A stretch of DNA of 64,000 nt from Halocynthiibacter sp. (GTDB lineage: Bacteria > Pseudomonadota > Alphaproteobacteria > Rhodobacterales > Rhodobacteraceae): the NCBI GenBank assembly GCA_047631555.1, contig JBLHZY010000002.1, forward strand, positions 353,745-417,744, given 5' to 3'. Below the pieces are notes generated by a model. It had not been told where the DNA came from. It was given only the letters and a program-made list of their open reading frames with translations, and ran no database searches. Numbering within the stretch: the stretch's first letter is position 1; every line of letters begins with the position of its first letter. A program made the position numbers and the translations under genes. Shown piece after piece: positions 20,486 to 29,773 of the stretch.

Positions 20486-21166
20486 GTGAAGCATAGTGAT
20501 CTAACAATGAACACTGCTGTCCGGGTCGAGCCCGCTTCAAGCAGGCCTGTGCGCCTCTATTCCAACTTTGGGAAGCGGGCAGTGGATATTGTGATTTCCT
20601 TGATGCTTCTGCCAATTGTTTTGCCGGTGATAATTGCTCTTTGGGGGCTGGTGCGGCGCGATGGCGGCTATGGGTTTTATGCCCAAGAGCGTGTTGGGCG
20701 CGACGGTCGCACCTTTGCCTGCTGGAAGCTGCGCACGATGCAGATGGATGCTGAAAAGCGGCTGGAAGATTTGTGCCGAGTTGATCCTGAATTGGCGGCG
20801 GAATGGGCGCGTGATCAGAAGCTCGAATGTGATCCGCGGATTACCGGGATCGGCGCCTTTCTGCGCGCCTCAAGCCTTGACGAGCTGCCACAGATTTTCA
20901 ACGTTTTGCGCGGCGATATGAGCCTTGTTGGCCCACGCCCTTTTATGATCTCCCAAGAGGCGCTTTATCGCGATGCAGGCGGTTCGGCCTATTTCGATCT
21001 GCGCCCCGGGATCACCGGCCCATGGCAGATTGATGGGCGCAGCGGCACGACTTTTGTCGAGCGCATCGCCTTTGATAATGCCTATGTGCATAAGCTATCG
21101 CTGAGAGTGGATATCGCTCTTTTGCTCAGAACTGTTTCCGTCGTGCTGAATCGCACGGGCCGATAG
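20486..21166 (+). CDS. Polyprenyl-phosphate sugar phosphotransferase (bacterial sugar transferase family, ExoY/WbaP C-terminal type).
   Basis: Motifs seen: [10 protein letters not shown] (TM segment), [38 protein letters not shown]. The GTG 20486 start has a GAGGAAG RBS; ATG 20507 is an alternative. Confidence 0.8.
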   Translation: MKHSDLTMNTAVRVEPASSRPVRLYSNFGKRAVDIVISLMLLPIVLPVIIALWGLVRRDGGYGFYAQERVGRDGRTFACWKLRTMQMDAEKRLEDLCRVDPELAAEWARDQKLECDPRITGIGAFLRASSLDELPQIFNVLRGDMSLVGPRPFMISQEALYRDAGGSAYFDLRPGITGPWQIDGRSGTTFVERIAFDNAYVHKLSLRVDIALLLRTVSVVLNRTGR

Positions 21167-21231
21167 GCCACAAGGCAAAAGCCTGAATGGAAATGTGAAT
21201 GGGGAGGCCGGGTAAAACGCCCGGCCAAACC

Positions 21232-22083
21232 TTATTCGCGGCCCGGAAGATTGGTGCGCGCGGTTGCGTTGCTTTCCCAATTATCCATCACATCAACAGC
21301 CTCTTGCGCCGTTTCGACAAAGCGGAACAGCTCCAGATCATCAGCGGAAATCGTGCCTGCTTCGGCCAGGGCATCCCAATTGATGATGCTCTCCCAAAAG
21401 GCGCGCCCAAAGAGCAGAAACGGTACGCGTTTCATGCGGCCCGTCTGGATCAAGGTCAGGCTTTCAAACATCTCGTCAAGCGTCCCAAAGCCGCCCGGGA
21501 AGACGGCGATCGCGTTGGCACGCATCAGGAAATGCATCTTGCGAATGGCGAAATAGTGAAAGTTGAAACATAGATCGGGGGTGACGTATTCATTGGGCGC
21601 TTGCTCATGCGGCAGCACGATATTGAGCCCGATTGAAACCCCGCCTGCATCCACTGCGCCGCGATTGCCCGCTTCCATAACGCCCGGCCCGCCGCCCGTT
21701 ACGATCACGTTTTCGCGGTGATCATTTTGCACAGCGCGCAGGGTCAAAAGCCGCGCAAATTCGCGCGCCTCATCATAATAGCGCGACAGATCGGCGAGCG
21801 TTTTGGTGCGGGCCGTATCGGCCTTGGCTGGTTCTGGAATGCGCGCGCCGCCAAACAAAACGACGGTGCTTTCAACGCCATATTCCGCCATCATCATTTC
21901 GGGCTTGAGCAGCTCAAGCTGAAGGCGCACAGGGCGCAGCTCGTCGCGACACATGAAATCGACATCCGAGAACGCCAGCTTATAAGACGGCGCGCGCGTT
22001 TGCGGCGTATCTGGGATTTGACGGGCGGTTTCCATATCATCATGGGAATCGCGAAGCGGATGGCTGCGTTGATCTTGTTTCAT
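21232..22083 (-). CDS. LOG-family (TIGR00730) nucleotide 5'-monophosphate nucleosidase-like protein.
   Basis: Motifs GGGPGVMEA and [12 protein letters not shown] are present. The start is set at ATG 22083 (MKQDQRS). Confidence 0.8.
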   Translation of the reverse strand: MKQDQRSHPLRDSHDDMETARQIPDTPQTRAPSYKLAFSDVDFMCRDELRPVRLQLELLKPEMMMAEYGVESTVVLFGGARIPEPAKADTARTKTLADLSRYYDEAREFARLLTLRAVQNDHRENVIVTGGGPGVMEAGNRGAVDAGGVSIGLNIVLPHEQAPNEYVTPDLCFNFHYFAIRKMHFLMRANAIAVFPGGFGTLDEMFESLTLIQTGRMKRVPFLLFGRAFWESIINWDALAEAGTISADDLELFRFVETAQEAVDVMDNWESNATARTNLPGRE

Positions 22084-22164
22084 GTGGGCTCCTGCATTGC
22101 GCGTAACTTCGCTACCAACTATAGGCTTGGGCCAAGTGATACCACCAACGAATTGGAGAGCCAC

Positions 22165-22992
22165 ATGTCCAACGCTCAACTAGAAGCTGCCATCGAGGCC
22201 GCTTGGGATGCCCGCGACACGATTACCCCCGCCACAACAGGTGAAACACGCGAGGCGATTGAAGATACATTGAACGCTTTGGATAGCGGCACTTTGCGCG
22301 TAGCTGAGAAGCAATCCGATGGCTCATGGTTCGTAAACCAGTGGGCGAAGAAGGCCGTTTTGCTGGGTTTTCGGATCAAGGATATGGAAGCGCATGAAGG
22401 CGGCCCACAAAATGGCGGCTGGTGGGACAAGGTCGATAGCAAGTTCAAGGGTTGGGGCGAAAATCAGTGGAAGGCGGCAGGCTTTCGCGCGGTTCCCAAT
22501 GCTGTTGTGCGCAAGTCGGCGTTCATTGCGCCGGGCGTTGTTTTGATGCCCTCGTTTGTGAACCTCGGCGCCTATGTTGACGAGGGCACGATGGTTGACG
22601 CTTGGGCGACTGTGGGCTCCTGCGCGCAGATCGGCAAAAACGTTCACCTTTCTGGCGGCGTTGGCATCGGCGGCGTATTGGAGCCGATGCAAGCGGGCCC
22701 GACGATCATTGAGGATAACTGCTTTATCGGCGCGCGCTCCGAGGTGGTTGAGGGCTGCATCATTCGCGAAGGCTCGGTTCTTGGGATGGGCGTTTTCATC
22801 GGCCAATCGACCAAGATTGTTGATCGCGAAACCGGCGAAGTGACTTATGGCGAAGTGCCACCCTATTCGGTTGTTGTTGCAGGTTCCATGCCTTCCAAAA
22901 ACGGCGTTAACCTTTACTGCGCTGTGATCGTAAAACGCGTTGACGAGCGGACCCGTTCAAAGACTGGCATCAACGAGCTACTGCGTGACTGA
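22165..22992 (+). CDS. dapD: 2,3,4,5-tetrahydropyridine-2,6-dicarboxylate N-succinyltransferase.
   Basis: 275 aa from ATG 22165 ([18 protein letters not shown]...). It has hexapeptide-repeat left-handed beta-helix sequence and the typical C-terminus. Confidence 0.9.
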   Translation: MSNAQLEAAIEAAWDARDTITPATTGETREAIEDTLNALDSGTLRVAEKQSDGSWFVNQWAKKAVLLGFRIKDMEAHEGGPQNGGWWDKVDSKFKGWGENQWKAAGFRAVPNAVVRKSAFIAPGVVLMPSFVNLGAYVDEGTMVDAWATVGSCAQIGKNVHLSGGVGIGGVLEPMQAGPTIIEDNCFIGARSEVVEGCIIREGSVLGMGVFIGQSTKIVDRETGEVTYGEVPPYSVVVAGSMPSKNGVNLYCAVIVKRVDERTRSKTGINELLRD

Positions 22993-23353
22993 TCAGCCCA
23001 AAAAGCCCAAGAAACCCTCGCGCCAGAAGGTCTATACCCTTCTGGTCGAGGTGGGCCGCAAGGAGGGCGATGGCCTTCCCAAAGGCGCGACGGGCGGGGC
23101 TTTGATGCTTTATGCCAGTGGTGTGGATGAGGCCGAAGCCGTACGCGAAAGCGTGGCGATCCTCAAACAGGCCGACCTCGCGCCGCTTGATGTGACGGGC
23201 TATGGCACGCTGGAAGAGCGGCTGGCCGAGGGCCATGATATTGCGGAGGATGAGCGTGCGCTGATGCAGCGCGCTTTGGACGAGAATTCCGTTGTTGTGG
23301 CGCAGCTTACGCCATTCTTTGAGGATGGTAAGGGCAAGAAAAAGCCGAGCTAG
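22985..23353 (+). CDS. Hypothetical small protein with basic N- and C-terminal tails.
   Basis: The ORF overlaps the dapD stop (GTG 22985 within cGTGacTGA). I recognise no family. The start is uncertain; the track gives 22940. Confidence 0.4.
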   Translation: MTDQPKKPKKPSRQKVYTLLVEVGRKEGDGLPKGATGGALMLYASGVDEAEAVRESVAILKQADLAPLDVTGYGTLEERLAEGHDIAEDERALMQRALDENSVVVAQLTPFFEDGKGKKKPS

Positions 23354-23374
23354 GCTTGATGGTTTTGGCGCCGT

Positions 23375-24421
23375 TTACAGAGCGCCAAACCACTTGCGAT
23401 AAATCCGCGTATAGGTGCCATCTTCGCGCAATTTCAGCAGGCTTTGATTGATCGGCTCTGCCAAAGCGCTGCCCGAGGGCAAGGCGATCCCATAATTTTC
23501 GCGCAAGAAGATTGGCCCGACAAGCTGTGAGGCGGGGCCTTTGGTTGTATGGGCGTAATAGGCCAGGATCGGCGCATCAAAAACAACGGCGTCGAGCTCC
23601 AATTGCTCAAAGCTGCTCAGCATCATCTGTAAATCGCTAAAGGCGACAAAGCGCATATCGCGCGTTTCTAGGAAATTGGCGGCAGTTGAGCCTTCAATCG
23701 TTCCAACACGTTTGCCGTTGAGATCGTTCACCTCGTTTACCGAGGACTGGATCGCATTAACGGTCAAAACGGATGTGATCTTCGCAACGAAAATAGAGAC
23801 GAAGAAGAGCGAAGACACCACAAGGAAAACGCCAAAGAAACGCCCTGCTGCAGAGCGGGGCGCGCGTTCTTCAAAGCCGCCATTTACGATTAGGTTGAGC
23901 GCCCACCAAAAGGCGGGAAACATCGCCGATTTGGCCGGCAGATCGAAATAGGGCTGAGCTTTGCGCTCAAACCGCCACATCAGCATGCCGGCTGCGAGCA
24001 GGGCAACGAAGGCCGCGATGATGGCAAGGATCAGCTCGCCCGAAAAGATCACGGACCAGATCGAGCCAACGCTTCCCGTGGAATGGACCATGATCTGAAG
24101 GCCGCTCTCAAAGATTGGCTGCGAGAAATCCATCACTTGTTCGCGCTGGGATGTCACCGAAATATTCGCAACGGCCGCATCGACTTCGCCGCGCTCAACA
24201 AGGCCGAGCATATCAGAGAATTTTTCGACCCGAACCAAGCTGTATTCGCGGCCCAAATCCTTTGAAACGGCTTCCCAAAGATCGATGCTAAAGCCACGAT
24301 CGTTGCCGTCTTCAACAAGCGAAAACGGCGGGCGCGTGACTGTTGCGATGCGCAAATCTTGGGCAAAAAGCCCTGTTGCCCAGACGACAAGCGTCATTGT
24401 CAGTAGTAGCAAGCGTTTCAT
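23375..24421 (-). CDS. Periplasmic amino-acid-binding (SBP_bac_3-like) protein interrupted by a two-TM plus re-entrant pore module: a GluR0-type prokaryotic ligand-gated channel architecture.
   Basis: The order is signal peptide (MKRLLLLTMTLVVWATGLFA), then an S1-like lobe. This is followed by TM ILAIIAAFVALLAAGMLMW, a pore-like FPAFWWALNLIVNGGFEE and TM FFGVFLVVSSLFFVSIFVA. An S2-like lobe ends the protein (GKRVGTIEGSTAANFL...YGIALPSGS...W). The start is at ATG 24421. Confidence 0.7.
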   Translation of the reverse strand: MKRLLLLTMTLVVWATGLFAQDLRIATVTRPPFSLVEDGNDRGFSIDLWEAVSKDLGREYSLVRVEKFSDMLGLVERGEVDAAVANISVTSQREQVMDFSQPIFESGLQIMVHSTGSVGSIWSVIFSGELILAIIAAFVALLAAGMLMWRFERKAQPYFDLPAKSAMFPAFWWALNLIVNGGFEERAPRSAAGRFFGVFLVVSSLFFVSIFVAKITSVLTVNAIQSSVNEVNDLNGKRVGTIEGSTAANFLETRDMRFVAFSDLQMMLSSFEQLELDAVVFDAPILAYYAHTTKGPASQLVGPIFLRENYGIALPSGSALAEPINQSLLKLREDGTYTRIYRKWFGAL

Positions 24422-24513
24422 GTATCTTCCCCAGATTCGACCCTGTATCGCATGAAATCCCGCAGATTCACAATCAAGGAAACGCATGTGAAGCCTTGAA
24501 ACCGCGGCAAATC

Positions 24514-25614
24514 TTAGGCGCTTAGGGCGGAAAGCAAGGTCGCTGTTTCATAGTCGCGCAGCGCTGGGCGCACGACAGCATGATGGCGCGGGATAGCCGA
24601 AGGGGGCATCGCGCCGATCGGCGTGGTTGCCGCGAGTTCCGGCGCATTGGCCAGCCCGCCAACAAAAAGGCTTTCGCCCCAGGCGCCGCCCATATTGATG
24701 CATTCATGGGTATCCAGCAGGATATGATGATAGCGCATTGGCATCCGCCCGGCATTAAGTCGCGCGCCTTTGGAGGCGAGCAGATGACGCGCCTCAACCA
24801 GAACATCGCTTTCGCCAAACAGGTATTCCGCTTCGATCCCAGAGATCATCATTCGGTGATCTTGGGCGACGGTAATATCGTGATCGAGCCCAAAGTAGGG
24901 GGCGCGAAGCGTTATGGGCGCGAACTGTCCGGCCATGGGCACATCGCGCGTAATGATCCAGCGGATCGGGGCATAGGTTCCTGCCGCCGTGGCAACCATA
25001 TCGCCGCGCCGCAGCCGCTCTATCCGGCGCGCGCCAAGATCGGTTGCAATCAAAGTGCCTGCGCCAATGCCGGGCATAAGACCCACGGGTTCAATCGCAT
25101 CAGAGACGGCGAAAAGGCGGATTTCGGGATCAAAATAGCGCCGCATGCGATCGGTCGAAAGGCGGGCGATATCCGTTGCGGGAATGGGCGCTGGATTATC
25201 AAATTCAGTTTGTTTCAGGACCGCGTTATCAAGGTCTTCGATGCTCAACAGGCCCGAGCGATTTGGCGCGTCCCATGAATAGGTAATCCGCAGGCGCGCC
25301 TCGGCCGACGGCATCGGCATGGTGAGGCGGATATCAGAGCGATTTTCGCCTTGTTCAACCCGCACACAAAGCGCACCACCCGGCGCGAGGGACATATTCA
25401 GCGCGCGTTTCCAACCGATCTGATCGGCGAAATCGATCAGGGTGCGGCGCTCTTTTTGATCCGCTGAGGCACGCAGTTCAAGCACGAGGCTGCCGCGCGA
25501 CAAAAGCGTATTGGCCAGAGAAGCTTCGGTATTGGAATGAACGCGCGGCGCTTGGCCGAGCCCCTGCAAATTGAACGCAGGCGATAGGAAATCGTTGACC
25601 CCAATCCAGCTCAT
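24514..25614 (-). CDS. Hint (Hedgehog/intein, Hint_2-type) domain protein with an unknown N-terminal domain of about 190 aa. The nucleophilic Cys is absent.
   Basis: The C-terminal half aligns by eye with the Hint domain of the upstream gene (GTLIATDLG...GDMVAT...YAPIRWI...HHILLDTHECI..GESL). The position of Cys-1 reads GIGAGT. Confidence 0.8.
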   Translation of the reverse strand: MSWIGVNDFLSPAFNLQGLGQAPRVHSNTEASLANTLLSRGSLVLELRASADQKERRTLIDFADQIGWKRALNMSLAPGGALCVRVEQGENRSDIRLTMPMPSAEARLRITYSWDAPNRSGLLSIEDLDNAVLKQTEFDNPAPIPATDIARLSTDRMRRYFDPEIRLFAVSDAIEPVGLMPGIGAGTLIATDLGARRIERLRRGDMVATAAGTYAPIRWIITRDVPMAGQFAPITLRAPYFGLDHDITVAQDHRMMISGIEAEYLFGESDVLVEARHLLASKGARLNAGRMPMRYHHILLDTHECINMGGAWGESLFVGGLANAPELAATTPIGAMPPSAIPRHHAVVRPALRDYETATLLSALSA

Positions 25615-25650
25615 TTAGCGCGCCTTTGTATGAGTTGGTGTGGTTTTCAT

Positions 25651-27264
25651 TTAGGCAACCATTTGTTCGCTAATGAGAATTTGCGCTTCAAAGGCTTTGA
25701 GCATCCTGCGTGCGGCGGGGCTATAACCGGCGCCGGTGTCTGGGTCCAGCTCGGGGAAAATGGTGCAAATTTCATCCAGCGTTTCGCGCTCAAACTGGTT
25801 CATAACGGCGGGTCCCGGCAGGAAGCTTTCTGTGGGAAGGCCTTCGGAATAGATCACTTGATGGCGATCAAACAGCAGATGCACATATTCAACTTCGCCG
25901 CCCTCAACGGGGCGAATGGTCAGATCGTTTACGAGGTCTTTCGCCGCCACCAGCACTTCGGCATCGCCAAACAGAAGATCGGCCATGTGATTGCGGATCA
26001 AAACGCGGTGCTGGGGAGAGAGCAGCAATTCGCGATGCCCCTCGCCAAGCGCGCCAGCCCGGATACGGATGGGCGCGTAATTGCCTTGCGCCGCGACGGT
26101 ACGCCGCCCGAGCCAGCGAACCGGTTGGGGCCCGTCGTCATGGGTCATCACCAGCGAGCCGGGCTCAAGGCTTTCAACCGGGCGTTCGCCGCTTGGCGTC
26201 ATAATCATTGTGCCAGCAACAAAGCAGGGGATCGTGTTGAGCGTTACAAAACCAACATCGGTATCGCCGGTCGAGCTTGCCACTTCATAGGTGAAGCTAA
26301 CCGCTTCTTCATCCGTATCGGTCGTTACATCGAATGTGCCGTCGGCCAGAAGGGTAACGGTTTGACCCGTTGCCACGGTAACGCTGTCGCCGACATTGAC
26401 CGCGACGCTGTTCACATGGGTGATCGTCAGTGTGCCGCCTGTGGCGTTGATATCGTTGGCCAGAACATCGAGGTTTTTGGTCGCGCCGATGAAAATATCG
26501 GAGTTGTCATCCATCGCAACAAGCGTCGTTTGAACCGAGTTGCCGGCGATCAAGAGAGAGGAGTCATAGCTGCTGTCGGCAACATCTGCGATGCCGATAC
26601 GGATCGAGTTTACCTCGCCACTGACAACGGGAATTGTCAGCGTCATGGTGATGGTGAACCCGTCCATCTCGGTGTTGTAATCATCATTCGTGTTGTCGAC
26701 GAAGAGATTGTAATTGTTCGTTGCGTTGATATTGCCAACGCTGGCGTCGCCAGTACCGACCGTCATCGGAACATGGGTCCCGTTGACCCAAACACCCACG
26801 ACATCGTTGTAAATGGAGGCGGCATATTCGGGATATTCTTCGGAGGAGAAGACGAATTGCATCGTCATCACGTCGCCCGTTGGGATGAAATCCACATCAA
26901 GCCAAGAGGCGTCATACGTGCTTGTGCCCGCGATGGCATTGAAGTTTGCGTTGTTATTGACACCAGAGGTATTGGTCGAGGTGTTCGTGCTTTGGTTGGA
27001 TTGCGCTGGCGACGGATTCCACCACGGGCCGCTGTTGCCGGCGGAATTGGTGAAGTCTTGCGCATAGCCCGTCGAGAGGATCACGCCGGTATCGCCGGGC
27101 GTTACACCGGGCGAAACCGTATCGCCATTGGAATAGACGCCAGAGCTGCGCGCGTCCCCAGTGTAGGACGCATTCACAACCGTTACGCCGTCGCCAAAGA
27201 TCGTCTGGGCCATAAGCATAGCCGACGCATTCGTGTTAATCGGAAGTTCCGATGCCGCAACCAT
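25651..27264 (-). CDS. Large Hint_2-domain protein with a choice-of-anchor-L-like N-terminal domain and cadherin/VCBS-like middle region, ending in a C-terminal Hint domain with Cys-1.
   Basis: N-terminal blocks are ASYTGD..SSGVYSNG, FVFSSEEYPEY, NDVVGVWVNG and IGIADVADSSYDSSLLI. The middle carries VLANDIN. The Hint domain starts at IPCFVAGTMIMTPSG and ends with HLLFDRHQVIYSEGLPTESF. The start is set at ATG 27264 behind GGAGG. Confidence 0.8.
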   Translation of the reverse strand: MVAASELPINTNASAMLMAQTIFGDGVTVVNASYTGDARSSGVYSNGDTVSPGVTPGDTGVILSTGYAQDFTNSAGNSGPWWNPSPAQSNQSTNTSTNTSGVNNNANFNAIAGTSTYDASWLDVDFIPTGDVMTMQFVFSSEEYPEYAASIYNDVVGVWVNGTHVPMTVGTGDASVGNINATNNYNLFVDNTNDDYNTEMDGFTITMTLTIPVVSGEVNSIRIGIADVADSSYDSSLLIAGNSVQTTLVAMDDNSDIFIGATKNLDVLANDINATGGTLTITHVNSVAVNVGDSVTVATGQTVTLLADGTFDVTTDTDEEAVSFTYEVASSTGDTDVGFVTLNTIPCFVAGTMIMTPSGERPVESLEPGSLVMTHDDGPQPVRWLGRRTVAAQGNYAPIRIRAGALGEGHRELLLSPQHRVLIRNHMADLLFGDAEVLVAAKDLVNDLTIRPVEGGEVEYVHLLFDRHQVIYSEGLPTESFLPGPAVMNQFERETLDEICTIFPELDPDTGAGYSPAARRMLKAFEAQILISEQMVA

Positions 27265-27572
27265 ACCCGCCTCCAGGTTCACTTTTTGGCAGGCGGATGG
27301 CGCAACTGTCCCGTGGCTTTTGCACGGAATTCTTGTTTATTTTGCCACTCGTGGTGCGGATCTGGTTTTTTTATGATCCGCGTGCCCTGCCTCAGAGCAT
27401 TATTGATTGCCGCCAAGCTGACACGAAAAAGTTGAAAAGTTAACAAGTTCTTACGATGCGACTGCTGCGACAGCATTTACCTGTCGCAAAAGCGCCACAG
27501 CGGGCTTGCGCCAAAGATTGCAGCAAGGCGCGGATGCGGGTAACTCTTTTGGCTAAAGTCCTGTTTTGAAAG

Positions 27573-28727
27573 ATGCCCATGAGCCAGCCTATTGATCCTG
27601 TTGAGCTTACCGCGCGCCTGTTGCGCTGCGCCTCCGTTACGCCTGATGAGGGCGGCGCGCTTGTCCTTTTGCAGGGGTTACTGGAGGGGGCAGGCTTTGA
27701 ATGTACGCGGGTTGATCGCGGCGAAGTGGCCAATCTTTATGCGCGTTGGGGCGCCAAGGGGGCGGCGCGCAGTTTTGGCTTTAACGGGCATACGGATGTT
27801 GTGCCTGTGGGCGATGTCGCAGCTTGGGCGCATGATCCTTTTGGCGGTGTGATTGAGGATGGTGTGCTTTGGGGGCGCGGTGCGCAGGATATGAAATCCG
27901 GCGTTGCGGCCTTTGCCGCTGCGGCGATTGATTTCGTGCGCGAAACGCCGCCCGACGGGGCCGTGATCCTTGCGATAACTGGCGATGAAGAGGGGCCTGC
28001 GCTTGATGGAACAATAGCGCTGCTGGATTGGATGAAGGCTAAGAATGAGGCGATGAGTGCCTGTCTTGTGGGCGAGCCGACCTGCCCAAGCGAGATGGGC
28101 GAGATGATGAAAATCGGGCGCCGCGGATCGCTGAATGCGTTCTTTGTGGCGCGAGGCCAGCAGGGGCATGTCGCCTATCCGCACCGCTCGCGCAATCCTT
28201 TGCCTGCGCTGGTCAGCCTGCTTGATCGATTGGTTGCACGTGAATTGGATCAAGGCACCGATCATTTCGATGCCTCGACCTTCGCGATCACCACGATTGA
28301 TACCGGCAATACGGCGACGAATGTTATCCCCTCAGAGGCGCGCGCCACGATCAATATCCGTTTCAACGATGCCCATACGGGCGCGGCGCTCAGCGATTGG
28401 TTGCGCCAAGAGGCAGGCGCGATTGCCGCCGATACGGGCGTTGAGATCGACGTCAAAATCGGCATTTCGGGCGAGAGTTTTCTAACCCCTCCCGGCGCGC
28501 TTTCCGCGCTGATTGGCGATGCGGTTCTGGCTGAAACGGGCCGCGCGCCCGAGCTGAGCACATCTGGCGGCACGTCGGATGCACGCTTTATGAAGGATCA
28601 CTGCCCGGTGGTGGAATTTGGCCTTGTTGGGGATCGCATGCATCAGGTGGATGAGCGCGTTCCAGTGGCGCAAATCGAGACGCTCAAGCGGATTTATGGG
28701 CGCATTCTGGCGGGTTACTTTGCATGA
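27573..28727 (+). CDS. dapE: Succinyl-diaminopimelate desuccinylase (M20).
   Basis: Motifs [26 protein letters not shown] and the C-terminal GGTSDARF are present. Confidence 0.9.
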   Translation: MPMSQPIDPVELTARLLRCASVTPDEGGALVLLQGLLEGAGFECTRVDRGEVANLYARWGAKGAARSFGFNGHTDVVPVGDVAAWAHDPFGGVIEDGVLWGRGAQDMKSGVAAFAAAAIDFVRETPPDGAVILAITGDEEGPALDGTIALLDWMKAKNEAMSACLVGEPTCPSEMGEMMKIGRRGSLNAFFVARGQQGHVAYPHRSRNPLPALVSLLDRLVARELDQGTDHFDASTFAITTIDTGNTATNVIPSEARATINIRFNDAHTGAALSDWLRQEAGAIAADTGVEIDVKIGISGESFLTPPGALSALIGDAVLAETGRAPELSTSGGTSDARFMKDHCPVVEFGLVGDRMHQVDERVPVAQIETLKRIYGRILAGYFA

Positions 28728-29146
28728 GCGTTGTGATTTCTGAGGTGCAGGATTTGCGCGATTGCCATGCGCTTCGCCTTGAGGTTTTTGTGAAAGAGCA
28801 AGGCGTTACGCTGGAAGAGGAGATGGACGAGTTCGATGACGGCGCGATCCATCTTTTGGCTGTCGATGGCGATCTGCCTGTCGGCACGGCGCGGATTTTG
28901 CGCAAAGGGGTAACTGGCAAGATTGGGCGCGTTTGCGTGGCGAAAAGCCATCGCGGTACGGGACTTGGGGCCGCGCTTATCCGCGCGAGTTTGCAGCGGT
29001 TGGCGAAAGAGCCTGTCATCACTCGTGCGCAGCTTGGCGCGCAGACCCATGCGATTGGGTTCTATGAAAAGCTAGGTTTCAAAGCTTATGGCCCGGTCTA
29101 TGACGATGCCAGTATTCCGCACCGCGATATGGAGCGCGATGTATGA
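28724..29146 (+). CDS. GNAT family N-acetyltransferase.
   Basis: It has the acetyl-CoA binding motif ([18 protein letters not shown]) and FYEKLGF. Its start overlaps the dapE stop as ATGA. Confidence 0.8.
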   Translation: MSVVISEVQDLRDCHALRLEVFVKEQGVTLEEEMDEFDDGAIHLLAVDGDLPVGTARILRKGVTGKIGRVCVAKSHRGTGLGAALIRASLQRLAKEPVITRAQLGAQTHAIGFYEKLGFKAYGPVYDDASIPHRDMERDV

Positions 29147-29715
29147 GGCGTCCGCGCCTGATCGTGATGCTCAAAGAGCCGCGCGCCGGCCGTGTTAAGA
29201 CGCGGCTTGGGGCAGACATCGGAATGACAGCGGCCGCGTGGTGGTTTCGCCATCAGGTGCGCGCCTTGCTGCGCCGTTTGGAGGATCCGCGCTGGGAATT
29301 GGTGCTGGCGGTCTCGCCGGATCGCGATGGCATGCAGAGCCGGATTTGGCCCGCGCATTTGCCGCGCATAGCCCAAGGACAGGGCGATCTCGGCGCACGC
29401 ATGGCGCGCCAGTTTGATGCTTGCGGGATGCAGTCCGCTTTGATTATCGGGGCGGATATTCCGGGGATCACCAAGCGCCATATCGCTGAAGCTTTTGCAC
29501 AGTTGCACGCGCATGATGCGGTGATCGGGCCGGCGCCCGATGGAGGCTATTGGAGCATTGGTTTGCGGGTGCCTGCGCGCCGCCCGCGCGGGATGTTTGC
29601 GCATGTGCGCTGGTCTGGCCCGCATGCGCTTGGCGATACTTGCGCGACCATGCCGGGCCTTCGGATCGCTCAATTAGAGAGCTTGCAAGACGTCGATACT
29701 GCGCAGGATTTGTGA
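29143..29715 (+). CDS. DUF2064 / TIGR04282-like glycosyltransferase-fold protein.
   Basis: Blocks KEPRAGRVKTRL, QGQGDLGARM, IGADIPG and GPAPDGGYW are present. Its start overlaps the GNAT stop as ATGA. Confidence 0.55.
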   Translation: MRRPRLIVMLKEPRAGRVKTRLGADIGMTAAAWWFRHQVRALLRRLEDPRWELVLAVSPDRDGMQSRIWPAHLPRIAQGQGDLGARMARQFDACGMQSALIIGADIPGITKRHIAEAFAQLHAHDAVIGPAPDGGYWSIGLRVPARRPRGMFAHVRWSGPHALGDTCATMPGLRIAQLESLQDVDTAQDL

Positions 29716-29773
29716 TCCTTCCCGCGCATGTTTGGTTATGGCGTCGCCCCTTTGCGCATGGTAAGAATTCGCC

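Noticed and set aside
25630-27435. A 601-aa plus-strand ORF opposite the large Hint-domain gene.
   Set aside because: The minus-strand frame carries coherent domain motifs (the choice-of-anchor-L-like blocks and a Hint domain with Cys-1) and a good RBS. The plus-strand product is low-complexity, rich in Gly/Arg/His/Val.
27440-27444. A TTAAC sequence in the dapE / Hint-gene spacer, considered as a CtrA box.
   Set aside because: Only a half-site is present, with no TTAA at the N7 spacing. Its chance occurrence is high.
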